Part shown: positions 38,125 to 48,338 of the stretch, piece by piece | Layout of the letters: each line of letters starts with the position of its first letter | Numbering within the stretch: position 1 is the first letter of the stretch | Notes under the pieces: model-generated | Told to the model about the DNA's origin: nothing | Database searches by the model: none | What the model saw: only the letters and a program-made list of their open reading frames with translations | Position numbers and translations under genes: made by a program | Source of the DNA: a virus | Taxonomy: Duplodnaviria > Caudoviricetes | Direction: 5' to 3' (one strand) | Virus record (IMG/VR): IMGVR_UViG_3300046786_000304 | Coordinates: 169,465 to 233,464 of that record | Length of the DNA: 64,000 nt

Positions 38125-38857
38125 TTTCATTCTTAAAAAAGATCCTGGAGATGATCGGGATCTTTTTTATGATGAACCCACTGAAGATATAATTCCACGA
38201 AAAGCGGATCTACGAATATGGTGTAGTCCTGTAGAGTGTCAAATGAATCTTGGTAGCTGTGTTAGTCAAGCAATAGTGGGCGCTTTTGAATTAATGATTA
38301 ATAAATTTTATCCAGAACGATTTCAGGACCTGAGCCGACTATTTGTTTATTATAATGCAAGATTATTAGAAAACAGTATAGATTTAGATTCGGGTGTATA
38401 TCTTAAAGATGGAATCAAAGCCGTACATAAATTTGGCGTATGTAATGAAACTATTTGGCCATATTTAATTAATAAATTTGATATTATGCCATCGCATGAT
38501 AGTTATCTCGATGCTACATCTAAAGTTATTGACAGGTATCATCGAGTAGAAACAATCAACGATATTAAAAAAATTGTTAGCGCAGGCTATCCGGTTGTAG
38601 CAGGAATAGAAGTATTTGGCGATTTTGACAACATAGGCTCCGCAAGTTCGGTATTACCTATGCCCATGAGCGCAGAAGAATCATTGGGCGGACATGCTAT
38701 AGTCATTGTGGGCTACGATGATGACTTTCAATATTTTATATGTAGGAACAGCTATGGAGAAGAATGGGGAGACAACGGATACTTTTATATGCCATACGAG
38801 TATGCAGAGTTATACATATGGGACGCATGGATGTTTGATATAGAATTAGATATATAA
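38084..38857 (+). CDS. Papain-like C1 cysteine peptidase
   Basis: Q.NLGSCVSQA (Gln/Cys), GGHAIVIVGYDD (His), RNSYG (Asn). Confidence 0.9.
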   Translation: MASYSSFPLDLPSNFILKKDPGDDRDLFYDEPTEDIIPRKADLRIWCSPVECQMNLGSCVSQAIVGAFELMINKFYPERFQDLSRLFVYYNARLLENSIDLDSGVYLKDGIKAVHKFGVCNETIWPYLINKFDIMPSHDSYLDATSKVIDRYHRVETINDIKKIVSAGYPVVAGIEVFGDFDNIGSASSVLPMPMSAEESLGGHAIVIVGYDDDFQYFICRNSYGEEWGDNGYFYMPYEYAELYIWDAWMFDIELDI

Positions 38858-40291
38858 TTTTTTAAATTTATCAATGTATTTGTTGATAAAATTATCTTTT
38901 TTATCTTTTAAGATATAACCCAAGTCGTGTAATGTTGTATTTCCAATTTCTTCTAAACTCATACCAACATTATATAAATGATTAGATGACCAACCTGCCA
39001 CTGTTGGTTTTGATGCTCGTACTATTCCATTTAGTTTATCTGATAATTGACTCGACGAATGTCTAGTAAAGCCAGTTTCGGTATTGTGCCATTGATCGTT
39101 TTCAGTAATTACATAATTGTATTTGGGATACTCTTTAGTAAACACGCTTTCTAAAGCACTATTTTTTGTATTGTGCTTTAAATCTAATGCGTAAAAAAAC
39201 ATATTACCTGCATTTAAATCAGTGATCCATTTAGCAGTTTCGTAAAATGACTCTTCTGGTTCTTTGGGCAAGCCTACAATAAAACTAGCTTCGATTTTAA
39301 CTTGTTTATTCCACAAGTCATTATACAAATAAGGAATCCATTCTTTGCCATGGGCTCCGTTCCATCCTTTGCCTATTATTTTGCTGGCTTCGGGATGAAA
39401 ACTTTCCAGACCAAAGTAAGCATTACGTAGTCCAGAATCAAATAGCACATTGTGATTCTTGTGGCTCCATATCAAGTCTACGCGAATATATCCGCCCCAT
39501 GTAATTTGAACACCTAGACGTTTTGGTATACTAGCAAGAAACTCGACTTTTTCTGGATCTTCATTTATAGTGTCATCTAAGAACATATAATGTGTAGTTC
39601 CGAAATTTTCATAATTATACTTTATCTCGTCGAACACATATTCGTAATTTCGTTGATAAGTGCCTTTAGGTTTTCCTAAGTTCGCGCTACTACAAAATTT
39701 ACATTTAAAAATACAACCGCGGCCTAGTTCCATTGGCACCGCTTCATGTTCTAGTATAAGATCTTTTTTACTGTATCTATGTTGACAATTAACAATGTTA
39801 AATTTTTCATTTGGCAATACAAGATTAAATTTCTTTTGTTGACAATAATCTAATATATTATCTTCGCTGTCACCGGTCATCTTAACGTCAAAGAATGAAC
39901 CAGTATCGTCAAAACGATATGTGTTATTACCTCCACCTAATATAGTTAAATGAGGATATTTTTGCTTAATGTATTGAACAGTTGATTTGATTGGCTCGGG
40001 TATTACACAGGGATTCATAGGCCAAAATACAGTACTAACTGCAATGGTATGAGTAGTTTCATCCATACAAGTTTCTATTAGTTGAATTAATTGCTGTTGG
40101 CTCATTAATTGCGTGAACTCTATAACTTGAGATTCGATGTTGTGTTTTCTTAACCACCAAGCTAATTGGTAACAAGAAATTGGTCGCATAGTAGAATAAA
40201 TGGCATTGCTATATAGACCCGATAAAAAGATAACATTGTTCATATAGTTTTTATTTAGCAGTCTGTTGATAGTAAGTTTTTTCGGGACCAT
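38846..40291 (-). CDS. B12-binding-type radical SAM protein, paralog of 26146..27678
   Basis: ELGRGCIFKCKFC, FLDDTIN, GLESF. Confidence 0.85.
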   Translation of the reverse strand: MVPKKLTINRLLNKNYMNNVIFLSGLYSNAIYSTMRPISCYQLAWWLRKHNIESQVIEFTQLMSQQQLIQLIETCMDETTHTIAVSTVFWPMNPCVIPEPIKSTVQYIKQKYPHLTILGGGNNTYRFDDTGSFFDVKMTGDSEDNILDYCQQKKFNLVLPNEKFNIVNCQHRYSKKDLILEHEAVPMELGRGCIFKCKFCSSANLGKPKGTYQRNYEYVFDEIKYNYENFGTTHYMFLDDTINEDPEKVEFLASIPKRLGVQITWGGYIRVDLIWSHKNHNVLFDSGLRNAYFGLESFHPEASKIIGKGWNGAHGKEWIPYLYNDLWNKQVKIEASFIVGLPKEPEESFYETAKWITDLNAGNMFFYALDLKHNTKNSALESVFTKEYPKYNYVITENDQWHNTETGFTRHSSSQLSDKLNGIVRASKPTVAGWSSNHLYNVGMSLEEIGNTTLHDLGYILKDKKDNFINKYIDKFKKLYI

Positions 40292-41147
40292 TTTGTAATC
40301 TATCTACTAATTCATCGTATGGAATAATTACAAGGTTCTTTCTATAGTCGTTCCATCTTCCATTCATAACCCAATCGATATTTTCTGGTCCTTGGTATTT
40401 GGCAAAATATTCTAAACTGTTACCCCAATATTTTGCATATATGAATGGTTTCATATATAAGTCCCAATGATCTATAAGTCTAATAGTTTCGTCGTTGGAA
40501 TAACTTAACCCATTATTAACAATATAATTGTGAGTACATATATAAGCCTTTACGATTTCGTCGGTCAAAATACTTAAAAATATTTCCGGTATCTTTTCCC
40601 ATGCTATTATTTTTCCAGTTCTGTTTAACATCTGCATGGCCCTGACTCTGGAATTTACAAATGAGTTAGCAGTTTGCATGACATAACATTTATTATCTTT
40701 AAAAGGAAAATCCGGACCATCTAATCCTAATATAAAATCATGATCTCCGGGAAGATGTCTAAGAAACTCTCGATGTAATAATTGAAAGGGTGCTATGCCT
40801 GTTAGATTATATTCTTCTATTAGATCATCTTTGTACTTGCTGGGGTCTAACTCTACAACAATTAAATCTAAATTGTATTTTTGTTTAAGCACTTTTACAT
40901 TGTCATATTCAAAATCATTATAGCCGGGCATATAAAAAAATGAACAACTCAATGGTATACCCTGCGAATAAAAACTATGTAATACAACTTGGCAGTCAAG
41001 CCCTCCACTTAAACCTAATATTATTTTTTTGTTTTGCTTGTACAAATTTTCAGCGGCTATTTCAGATTCTACTCTAATATTATTAACTGGTCTACTGCAG
41101 GCAGACACAGTAACGCTAAATCTGTCATTGTCGAAATTTATTTGCAT
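40251..41147 (-). CDS. PP-loop (adenine nucleotide alpha-hydrolase) family protein
   Basis: IILGLSGGLDC motif; coupled to the radical SAM gene. Confidence 0.6.
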   Translation of the reverse strand: MQINFDNDRFSVTVSACSRPVNNIRVESEIAAENLYKQNKKIILGLSGGLDCQVVLHSFYSQGIPLSCSFFYMPGYNDFEYDNVKVLKQKYNLDLIVVELDPSKYKDDLIEEYNLTGIAPFQLLHREFLRHLPGDHDFILGLDGPDFPFKDNKCYVMQTANSFVNSRVRAMQMLNRTGKIIAWEKIPEIFLSILTDEIVKAYICTHNYIVNNGLSYSNDETIRLIDHWDLYMKPFIYAKYWGNSLEYFAKYQGPENIDWVMNGRWNDYRKNLVIIPYDELVDRLQNGPEKTYYQQTAK

Positions 41148-41192
41148 GTTGTTTCAATAAATATGTATTTAACACTACGACTGGGATATTAA

Positions 41193-41438
41193 ATGGGAAA
41201 TCAAACTGATTACTTTGAACGTATAGGATACAAACCGATATATTGGATAGGTGACAGGGTGTTTGGTAAATGGAACAAAATTCCATTCATTGGCACAGTG
41301 GGCAACGACACAATGATCAATGAAATCGAAGGCCCTAGAATCTCTATTCACTTGGATCTTCCTATCAAGCTAAAAGATTCTATTCATACTGTGATTATTG
41401 TCAAGCACAAAGATGTCAAAAAATTAGTAGAATTTTAA
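41193..41438 (+). CDS. Small SH3-like hypothetical protein
   Basis: YWIGDRVFGKW..FIGTV pattern. Confidence 0.65.
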   Translation: MGNQTDYFERIGYKPIYWIGDRVFGKWNKIPFIGTVGNDTMINEIEGPRISIHLDLPIKLKDSIHTVIIVKHKDVKKLVEF

Positions 41439-41489
41439 TGCTACTAAGACAAATAATTGATAAATACTTTTATTAGCTAGGAGAAACAC

Positions 41490-41711
41490 ATGGCAATGAT
41501 AGACAAAAACGGGAATCCGTTAGAGCCAGGATTAATGGCAGTATGGATTCAGTCTTTACCTGAACCAAAGAAATCAGAATATGAAGCTTTAAGACAAGCT
41601 GGCGTGGCCGCAGGTCATAATACAGAAGGTTTTGCAAGAATATTCCGAGAATTTTGTGATACAAATGGCATCACTGACACTGACGCCCCTCCACCACCTG
41701 ACGCTGAATAA
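41490..41711 (+). CDS. Small acidic protein (73 aa)
   Basis: ATAAATA and AGGAG upstream; ends DTDAPPPPDAE. Confidence 0.7.
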   Translation: MAMIDKNGNPLEPGLMAVWIQSLPEPKKSEYEALRQAGVAAGHNTEGFARIFREFCDTNGITDTDAPPPPDAE

Positions 41712-41779
41712 TTTATTACGAACAACTTAGTCATTGATTTGTGACTCGCAATACTATATAATAGTGTACAGACAATAGT

Positions 41780-42070
41780 TTGTACATTACACACATAGAG
41801 AGAAATATTATGAGCACAAATGGCTACGAAATTCGTCTTGAACTACTCAAGATGGCAAAAGAAATGCTAGAGCAAGACTGGCATGCACAGCGTGAACTCA
41901 CGCAAACTGCTTGGGAACAAGAAGTTAACTTGGCACAAATCAAGGCACAATCAATGGACAGTTTGATTGATAAAATCCCAACTGCACCAACCTTCAAACC
42001 TTTCCCTACAGAGGAAGAGATTATTAAGAAGGCCAAAGTACTAAACGAGTTTATTGCCCAAAGAGCATAA
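41780..42070 (+). CDS. Hypothetical protein (likely start 41810)
   Basis: GYEIRLELLKMAKEML...FPTEEEIIKKA. Confidence 0.7.
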   Translation: MYITHIERNIMSTNGYEIRLELLKMAKEMLEQDWHAQRELTQTAWEQEVNLAQIKAQSMDSLIDKIPTAPTFKPFPTEEEIIKKAKVLNEFIAQRA

Positions 42071-42191
42071 ACGGTTAAATTAGTCAATAAAACGGTAAGA
42101 TGCACTATTGCTCTTACCGTTTTTTTATTGTATAATAGTCACACGTTGTTACAAATAACAGCGACGATTTAAAATTTAAAGGAAATTTAAA

Positions 42192-42452
42192 ATGCAAGTT
42201 ACTACTAAATCAGGTAAACTACTAGAAGCTTTTCGCAAGGGTGAAGAGTTGACAGCTGGCCAAATTACACATCGTTTTGGCATTAAAAACCCACGTGCTA
42301 CTGTTAGCGATCTTCGCTTCCAGGGTTATGCTATCTACGCAAATCCTCGCACAAACACTCGTGGCGAAACTTATACTAAGTATCGCTTGGGTACTCCAAC
42401 TCGTGCTGTTGTTGCCGCAGGTTACAAAGCATTGGCAATGGGCGCAGTCTAA
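42192..42452 (+). CDS. Small winged-HTH-like protein
   Basis: AAGGA SD; TATAAT promoter upstream; ELTAGQI..FGIKNPRATVSDLR; terminator at 42472-42500. Confidence 0.7.
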   Translation: MQVTTKSGKLLEAFRKGEELTAGQITHRFGIKNPRATVSDLRFQGYAIYANPRTNTRGETYTKYRLGTPTRAVVAAGYKALAMGAV

Positions 42453-42487
42453 TAGACTTTCCCAAGTAAATAAAAGGACACAGTGAT

Positions 42488-43036
42488 GTGTCCTTTTTTT
42501 GTGAGTGTAGCATGGACTTAAAACAAGTAATTAGAACTGTAGATGATTTTCCTAAGCCGGGCGTTAAATTTTTAGATGTAACAAGTATATTAGAAGATCC
42601 TGCGGCATTTAGGAAAACAATTAATTGGCTAGTTAAACAAAGTGCTATACATAATATAGATTGTATTGTTGCAGTAGATGCTCGTGGATTCATCTGGGGT
42701 TCAGCATTGGCATCGGAAATACAAGTGCCATTATTCCTGGCTCGTAAACCAGGTAAACTTCCTGGCAATGTTGTTACCAAAGAATACGATACAGAATACA
42801 GCACAGCCAGTTTGAGTATGTTAAAGGACAGTAGCATATTTGGAAACGTAATGGTAGTGGATGATATATTGGCCACCGGCGGCACATTAAATGCTGTGGG
42901 AGAATTGTTAACTGAACATTGGAATATCAAACCCAGCAAACAACTTCATGCTACATTAGCTTGTTTAGATTTCTTACCAGGTAAGAAAATGTTAGAAAGT
43001 AAAAAATATAAACTAGCATACATGGAATTATATTAA
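42488..43036 (+). CDS. apt: Adenine phosphoribosyltransferase (likely start 42512)
   Basis: DFPKPGVKFLDVT, DARGFIWG, RKPGKLP, VVDDILATGGT. Confidence 0.9.
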   Translation: MSFFCECSMDLKQVIRTVDDFPKPGVKFLDVTSILEDPAAFRKTINWLVKQSAIHNIDCIVAVDARGFIWGSALASEIQVPLFLARKPGKLPGNVVTKEYDTEYSTASLSMLKDSSIFGNVMVVDDILATGGTLNAVGELLTEHWNIKPSKQLHATLACLDFLPGKKMLESKKYKLAYMELY

Positions 43037-43572
43037 TGGATATATCTAAATTTTTTAGTAGAGTAGATGATTTTCCTTTTAAAGGTAAAACGGCAATTGA
43101 TATATCAGGGTTGATGTCGACGCCAGAAGTTTTTGATTATTCAGTTTCATGGTTAGTGGACTTGGTAAAGAAATACAATATAGATTGTATTGTTGCTATT
43201 GAAACTAGAGGATTTATTTGGGGAGCCCCAACCGCATTCGCTGCCAAATTGCCTTTACATCTTGCACGAAAGCCTATGAGGATTCCAAGGCCGGCCTTTG
43301 AAAAAAAGTTTTTGACTCGCGGAAGACCTTATTCATTGAGCATACAAGAAGATGCGAATATTTTTGGAAATGTAATGGTAATAGATGATATAATTGTATC
43401 CAGTGCCACACACATTGCTGTTGGAGAATTACTGACAGAACATTTTGGGATATTACCAGTTAACCAATTACACGCTTCTGTTATTCAGATTCAGGATAAT
43501 TTTCAAGGCACACAGATTCTTAGAGATAAAGGATACCTTGCAGAATGTTTAATAACAGATAGTTTTATTTAA
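43036..43572 (+). CDS. Second, divergent APRT-like phosphoribosyltransferase
   Basis: DFPFKG, ETRGFIWG; PRPP loop altered to VIDDIIVSSAT. Confidence 0.8.
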   Translation: MDISKFFSRVDDFPFKGKTAIDISGLMSTPEVFDYSVSWLVDLVKKYNIDCIVAIETRGFIWGAPTAFAAKLPLHLARKPMRIPRPAFEKKFLTRGRPYSLSIQEDANIFGNVMVIDDIIVSSATHIAVGELLTEHFGILPVNQLHASVIQIQDNFQGTQILRDKGYLAECLITDSFI

Positions 43573-44461
43573 TTCCAACACGTAATCGAGTTCTATCTTT
43601 ATTAGATCGGCAGTAATTCATATTACATGGAAATGGATCACTGGGCACGATCCAATTAGCGTCAAATACATTACCAATATCGCGACCGCCACATTCGCTA
43701 CCTGATGCATAGCCTTTATGACTGATGTATATATGATCAATTCCTGCATAACATCCTAAGCCAGTATAGCTAGGAGTGTTATCCACTGGAGGTATTCTGG
43801 GATCCTCGTAGACTGGCGGAGGTTGTGGTACAGGCGGTGGAGGTACCCAATCATCTGGTCTACCAAATATTCTGTTAATGTCTACATTAGAATATCCACT
43901 CCATATTTCACCTTGTCTAGCATCATTGAACAATATTTGTTCTATTGCACTTATTCCTGTAGAATTTAATTCTTTGATAAGTTCTTTCTGTTCAAGTATT
44001 TTGCCAGGGCTAAGAGGCACTATTACCTGTAACTTTTTATCATTCTCTTTACAAAAATCAGCAATGAAATGTACCACGCTAACATTTTGCCAATAATGAT
44101 GAGTTAACTTATATTGATCAACATAGTCTCTAGTTTCTAACAAATCAAACCAAGTTTCGCCACCGCTAGTGTCTAGTCTAACAATGCTGGGCATTGATTT
44201 AATTTTTCTTAATAGTATGTTTAGGTTGGTAAAATGAAGAGGTTCGCCGCCGCCAATTTTCCATCTAATACTTTTGGCATGTTTATATCTGCTTGTTTGT
44301 AATTTTTCAATAACCGCCAAGTATTCGTCTGTGGTTCGTTTATTTGAACCTCCTCGATATCTACTAGGACAGTATTCACAGCCTGTGTTGCATTTATCGG
44401 TTAAGTGCCAATGTATTTCTGCTTGTTCGATCATGTAAATATTTATCGAAACACTTGACAA
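43565..44461 (-). CDS. Radical SAM protein (likely start 44434)
   Basis: WHLTDKCNTGCEYC, GGGEP; C-terminal Cys cluster. Confidence 0.85.
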   Translation of the reverse strand: MSSVSINIYMIEQAEIHWHLTDKCNTGCEYCPSRYRGGSNKRTTDEYLAVIEKLQTSRYKHAKSIRWKIGGGEPLHFTNLNILLRKIKSMPSIVRLDTSGGETWFDLLETRDYVDQYKLTHHYWQNVSVVHFIADFCKENDKKLQVIVPLSPGKILEQKELIKELNSTGISAIEQILFNDARQGEIWSGYSNVDINRIFGRPDDWVPPPPVPQPPPVYEDPRIPPVDNTPSYTGLGCYAGIDHIYISHKGYASGSECGGRDIGNVFDANWIVPSDPFPCNMNYCRSNKDRTRLRVGIK

Positions 44462-44522
44462 ACTGACAATTAAAGTATATTATAACTCATTATAAAGCAG
44501 TATAAAAGATTCGCAGTTGCTC

Positions 44523-44530
44523 TATAAATA
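44523..44530 (+). promoter_or_regulatory. T4 late-type promoter TATAAATA
   Basis: Exact TATAAATA 6 nt before ATG 44537; (A/T)AAATA recurs before many genes (4362, 9264, 28137, 41490, 48823, 49314, 63654). Confidence 0.7.
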
Positions 44531-44536
44531 AAGTAC

Positions 44537-45952
44537 ATGGCATTTTTATTATTTTTTACAGCCTTTGTCCTAAGCGGCATTGCGGCATATTACAGCGTTA
44601 TTGGCTTAATAGCAATTTTCTCAGCTTCGGTAATACCTGTTGCTATTATGGGCGGCAGTTTAGAAGCGGCTAAATTAGTCGTTGCTAGTTGGCTATACAG
44701 ATATTGGAAAAGTATTCCTTTCTTAATGAAAGCATACTTTACATCAGCATTAGTTATTCTAATGTTAATTACTAGCATGGGTATCTTTGGTTTTTTGAGT
44801 AAAGCACACAGCGACCAAAGTTTAGTCAGCGGCGACGTAGCGGCTAAGATATCAGTCTACGATGAAAAAATTAAAACAGCAAAAGAGAACATAGATGCAA
44901 ACCGTAAGGCTCTTAAACAAATGGACGAGGCAGTGGACCAAGTCATGGGTCGAAGTACAGATGAAAAAGGTGCCGATAAAGCCGTGGCTCTCCGTAGGAG
45001 TCAACAAAAGGAACGTGGGCGTCTCATTGCTGAAATCGAAACCTACCAGAAAACAGTTAGCGTACTTAATGAAGAGCGAGCGCCGATTGCCGCTGAAGTC
45101 AGAAAAGTCGAAGCTGAAGTAGGTCCACTAAAATATATTGCCGCTATGATATATGGCGACAATCCCGACGAGAATATGTTAGAGCGTAGTGTTCGTTGGT
45201 TAATCATATTATTAATTTGTGTATTTGATCCATTAGCAGTTCTAATGCTTATTGCCGCTAACTTAACACAGATTAAATCCAGTGAATGGAAAAAACAAGC
45301 CGAGGAGGTTAAACCGGATGTTGAACAAACTAAAACTATACCTGACGAAACTGAGTTGCCGATGGTTACTGAAACAGCAGAATCACAAGAAGCACAGCCA
45401 ATTGATGCACCATTATTTGAGCCCAGTTTTCAACCAGACGCCCCAATGGAAACAGTGGGAGAGCCAGTAAGTGTTGATCCTCATCCAATTGGATGGATGT
45501 ACACAACAGTGACTACAACTACACCAGAAGTAAAAGTTAAAAAGAAAAGAACTCCTGCTAAAAAAGTTGTAGCCAAAAAAATTACACCTAAAAAAGTAGT
45601 TGCTAAAAAAGTTCCACCTAAAAAAATAGTAGCAAAGAAAACACCTTCTAAAAAAAAGGTAGCGGCCCCGGAACCAGAAGTAATAAGCCCAAACGCACCT
45701 AACTTAGATGCTAGCATAGAACGTCCAGGTGATTACTTAACAGAGTCTGTAGATCAGGTCGTTGAAGATAAATCTATAGTGCAAGGCTTTATTCCACAAC
45801 CCATTACAGTAGAAACTCAAATACAAACGATGATCGATAATAATGATACAACTGGTTTAGAGGAAGCATATAAACGCATAGTTAAGGAACTAGGTAAGAA
45901 AAATAGATCCAAGTCAACACACTGGGGTCCAATTAAAAACAACAAGAAGTAA
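44537..45952 (+). CDS. Membrane protein: TM helices, coiled coil and Lys-rich histone-H1-like repeats
   Basis: Hydrophobic N-terminal helices, a further TM near aa 220-240, and KKVVAKK repeats. Confidence 0.75.
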   Translation: MAFLLFFTAFVLSGIAAYYSVIGLIAIFSASVIPVAIMGGSLEAAKLVVASWLYRYWKSIPFLMKAYFTSALVILMLITSMGIFGFLSKAHSDQSLVSGDVAAKISVYDEKIKTAKENIDANRKALKQMDEAVDQVMGRSTDEKGADKAVALRRSQQKERGRLIAEIETYQKTVSVLNEERAPIAAEVRKVEAEVGPLKYIAAMIYGDNPDENMLERSVRWLIILLICVFDPLAVLMLIAANLTQIKSSEWKKQAEEVKPDVEQTKTIPDETELPMVTETAESQEAQPIDAPLFEPSFQPDAPMETVGEPVSVDPHPIGWMYTTVTTTTPEVKVKKKRTPAKKVVAKKITPKKVVAKKVPPKKIVAKKTPSKKKVAAPEPEVISPNAPNLDASIERPGDYLTESVDQVVEDKSIVQGFIPQPITVETQIQTMIDNNDTTGLEEAYKRIVKELGKKNRSKSTHWGPIKNNKK

Positions 45953-45953
45953 C

Positions 45954-46373
45954 ATGGAAGATACACAAAATTATTATATAACACCACCTACGATATTTTT
46001 ACCCGAGACGGGATTAAGAATAACAGTATTTGGTACAGATGAAGATTGGGCAGAACAATTATCAGATGAACTTGAAGATACATTCCCTTCCATTCCAATG
46101 ACATTTTACTTGCTTGATGAAGCTACATCTACTAACTGGCAATGGTTATATATGATGTCTGAAACCAGTGATTTGGTAATGGTTAATGTTGGTAAAGCCA
46201 GTCAAGTTGAACTAATTTTATCATGTATGGATATGGGAAATAAATTTTGGTTCTATGTGGACAACGAAGTAGTTGACAAAGACCTTAAAATATTGTTTAA
46301 TACTATTAATGCAAATGTATTCAACAACAGCGAACAACTACACGCAATGCTTAGAAATTTCGTCGGCGAATGA
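45954..46373 (+). CDS. Hypothetical protein
   Basis: ORF coupled to clpX. Confidence 0.7.
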   Translation: MEDTQNYYITPPTIFLPETGLRITVFGTDEDWAEQLSDELEDTFPSIPMTFYLLDEATSTNWQWLYMMSETSDLVMVNVGKASQVELILSCMDMGNKFWFYVDNEVVDKDLKILFNTINANVFNNSEQLHAMLRNFVGE

Positions 46374-47608
46374 ACGATAAAACCAAACCATTAATGAAAT
46401 GCTCTTTCTGTGAAAAGAGCCAAAACGAAGTCAAAAAACTTGTAGCAGGTAACAGTGGTTATATCTGCGATGAGTGTATTGTACTATGTAACGAAGTTAT
46501 CAAAGACGACGTACAAAAAACAGCTACCAAAGATAAACTACCCACACCACGTGAAATATTCCAACATCTAGATCAATATGTTATTGGTCAAGATTATCCC
46601 AAGTTGGCACTTAGTGTAGCAGTTTACAATCATTATAAACGATTGTATAATAAAAGCGATGTAGAAATTGAAAAGAGCAATGTATTGTTTATTGGTCCTA
46701 CGGGATCAGGCAAAACATTACTGGCAAAGACTATTGCTAAATTCCTCGACGTTCCATTTGCTATCACAGATGCTACAAGTTTAACTGAAGCAGGTTATGT
46801 AGGTGAAGACGTTGAAAACGTTATTCATAAACTATATCAAGCCGCTGACCAAAACATCGAACGATGCGAACAAGGTATTATCTATATCGACGAGATTGAT
46901 AAAAAAGGACGTAAGAGTGAAGGCACAAGCATTACTCGCGACGTATCAGGAGAAGGCGTTCAGCAAGCATTATTAAAGATCATTGAAGGCACTGAATGCC
47001 GTGTTCCGCAACAAGGTGGACGTAAACATCCTGGCAATGAAATGCTAACTATCAACACTAAGAACATTTTGTTTATCCTAGGTGGAGCATTTGTTGGATT
47101 AGAAGATATTATTAATAAAAGACTTAACAACAAGTCTACTATGGGTTTTGCTGGTAATCCAGATAAAGTTAAAACAGACCTTACTAAGGTTATACACGAA
47201 GATGTTATCAAATGGGGCATTATACCTGAACTAGCAGGACGCATGCCTAAGATAGCAGTACTTGAAGAATTAAATGACGAACAAATGGTAAGGGCAATGA
47301 CTGAACCAAAAAACAGTATTATTAGCCAGTATCAAAGTTTGTTCAAAATGGACGGAATAGATTTAGAAATAGAATCATCTGCTTGCATTGCAATAGCAAA
47401 TAAATGTATTACAATGAAACTCGGAGCACGAGGTTTACGAGCAGAACTTGAAAACGTGCTACTTAAAACACAGTTCGTACTACCCGACTTGGCCGCAGAG
47501 AATGTAGTCAAGGTCACAATTACAGAGGATACAGTGACTCAAGGTAAAGAACCACTACTAGTATATGGCAACAAACGAAAAAAGACAAGAGAACAGAATT
47601 CTCAGTAA
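46370..47608 (+). CDS. clpX: ClpX AAA+ unfoldase
   Basis: CSFC..CDEC zinc domain, GPTGSGKT, GYVG, YIDEIDK, DVSGEGVQQALLK, MGF loop. Confidence 0.96.
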   Translation: MNDKTKPLMKCSFCEKSQNEVKKLVAGNSGYICDECIVLCNEVIKDDVQKTATKDKLPTPREIFQHLDQYVIGQDYPKLALSVAVYNHYKRLYNKSDVEIEKSNVLFIGPTGSGKTLLAKTIAKFLDVPFAITDATSLTEAGYVGEDVENVIHKLYQAADQNIERCEQGIIYIDEIDKKGRKSEGTSITRDVSGEGVQQALLKIIEGTECRVPQQGGRKHPGNEMLTINTKNILFILGGAFVGLEDIINKRLNNKSTMGFAGNPDKVKTDLTKVIHEDVIKWGIIPELAGRMPKIAVLEELNDEQMVRAMTEPKNSIISQYQSLFKMDGIDLEIESSACIAIANKCITMKLGARGLRAELENVLLKTQFVLPDLAAENVVKVTITEDTVTQGKEPLLVYGNKRKKTREQNSQ

Positions 47609-48104
47609 TAGAGAAATCAGAGCCCGCGAGGTTCGATTAATTGATTCAGATGGTTCTAATCTAGGAATATTCCAATATTTCAAAGCATTAAATTTAGCAC
47701 AGGATCAAGGACTTGACCTTATACTAATTAACCCAACATCAAATCCTCCAATTTGTAAAGTTGGAGATGTAGGTAAGTACAAATACGACATGCAAAAGCG
47801 AGCTAAAGAGCAAAGCAAAAAGAGCAGAGAAACTCGCGTTGAGATCAAAGAAGTACAACTAAGACCTGGAATTGATAAGCACGATTTAGACACTAAGATC
47901 AAGCATATTAAAGAATGGTTAGTTGAAGGTGACAGAGTTAAAATTGTTGTCAAGTTTAGAGGCCGTGAAATGGCCAATACTGCTCAAGGTGGCGTATTAA
48001 TTGATAACATTTTAAGTGAAGTACCAGATGCTAAGGTTGAAGGCAATCGTGAAATGCAGGGCAATAGACTAACTGCAACATTATTTCAAGGTAAGCAAAA
48101 ATGA
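47565..48104 (+). CDS. infC: Translation initiation factor IF-3
   Basis: NREIRAREVRLID, LDLILI, KEVQLRPGIDKHD, VKFRGRE. Confidence 0.93.
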   Translation: MATNEKRQENRILSNREIRAREVRLIDSDGSNLGIFQYFKALNLAQDQGLDLILINPTSNPPICKVGDVGKYKYDMQKRAKEQSKKSRETRVEIKEVQLRPGIDKHDLDTKIKHIKEWLVEGDRVKIVVKFRGREMANTAQGGVLIDNILSEVPDAKVEGNREMQGNRLTATLFQGKQK

Positions 48105-48337
48105 GTAAAAAAGCAGGCCCGTTGATGGGCAGTAAAGTTATAGTACAGAATGATAACTGGGACAAAGCACTACGACTATTCAAGAAAAAGATTCTAGAAA
48201 GTGGTAAACTAATTGAACTCAAAGAAAAAGAGTTCTACGAAAAGCCCAGCGTAACTAAACGTAAGACTAAGAATCAACAAGCTCGCAGAGCACAGAAAAA
48301 ACGCGAAGCAGATTCACTACCAAAAAAACTATATTGA
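48101..48337 (+). CDS. rpsU: Ribosomal protein S21
   Basis: DKALRLFKKKI..EKEFYEKPSVTKR. Confidence 0.88.
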   Translation: MSKKAGPLMGSKVIVQNDNWDKALRLFKKKILESGKLIELKEKEFYEKPSVTKRKTKNQQARRAQKKREADSLPKKLY

Positions 48338-48338
48338 T

